Shown: in pieces, positions 63,900 through 64,000 of the stretch
Position numbering within the stretch: position 1 is the stretch's first letter
Layout of the letters: each line of letters opens with the position of its first letter
NCBI RefSeq assembly: GCF_963921235.1
Contig: NC_086118.1
Coordinates: forward strand, 16,556,001 to 16,620,000
Length of the DNA: 64,000 nt
From: Mobula hypostoma
Taxonomy: Eukaryota
Reading direction: 5' to 3'
Made by a program: the position numbers and the translations under genes
Notes under the pieces: model-generated
Database searches by the model: none
Told to the model about the DNA's origin: nothing
Seen by the model: only the letters and a program-made list of their open reading frames with translations

Positions 63900-64000
63900 C
63901 ACAGTCCTCTTTTATTGTCATTTAGCAATGCATGCATTAAGAAATGATACATTATTTCCTCCGGTGTGATATCACAAAACACAGGACAGACCAAGACTGA
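63900..64000 (-). mobile_element. Probable LINE 3' end running off the window
   Basis: tttattgtcatt (reversed aataaa) followed by a UTR-like sequence; too short to assign firmly. Confidence 0.35.

Noticed and set aside
1..64000. CRISPR arrays, operons, rRNA or true tRNA genes
   Set aside because: This is eukaryotic intron/intergenic DNA with no regularly spaced direct repeats. The tRNA-like boxes are SINE heads and I could not fold them into complete cloverleafs.

Overview
AT-rich vertebrate genomic DNA, most likely from a cartilaginous fish such as a ray (inferred from the repeat content: V-SINEs, CR1, Rex1/Babar, Penelope and DeuSINE-like relics). The only host gene I can support is the 5' end of myocardin (myocd) on the minus strand, which the ORF track misses. 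Three short GT-AG coding exons (35459-35405, 25149-25084, 9519-9464; 55, 66 and 56 nt) splice in frame to MTLLGSEHSLLIRSKFRSVLQLRLQQRRTREQLADQGIMPPLKSPAAYHDQRKSLERAK. I found no exon 4, so it probably lies left of position 1. A CpG-enriched 5'UTR/promoter region lies at about 35.5-37.6 kb, and everything to its right is upstream intergenic DNA. The rest is mostly transposon debris: two long decayed CR1 LINEs, Rex1-like fragments, Penelope ends with hammerhead-ribozyme motifs, two solo LTRs with TSDs, and hAT and Tigger-like MITEs. The most unusual items are a fold-back hAT element carrying a LINE fragment, MRTF-like residues in the myocardin RPEL1 region, a candidate cassette exon in intron 2, and several cardiac-type motif clusters. 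I see no convincing novel biological system. Family assignments come from recall of sequence families, not database searches, and repeat boundaries without TSDs are approximate.
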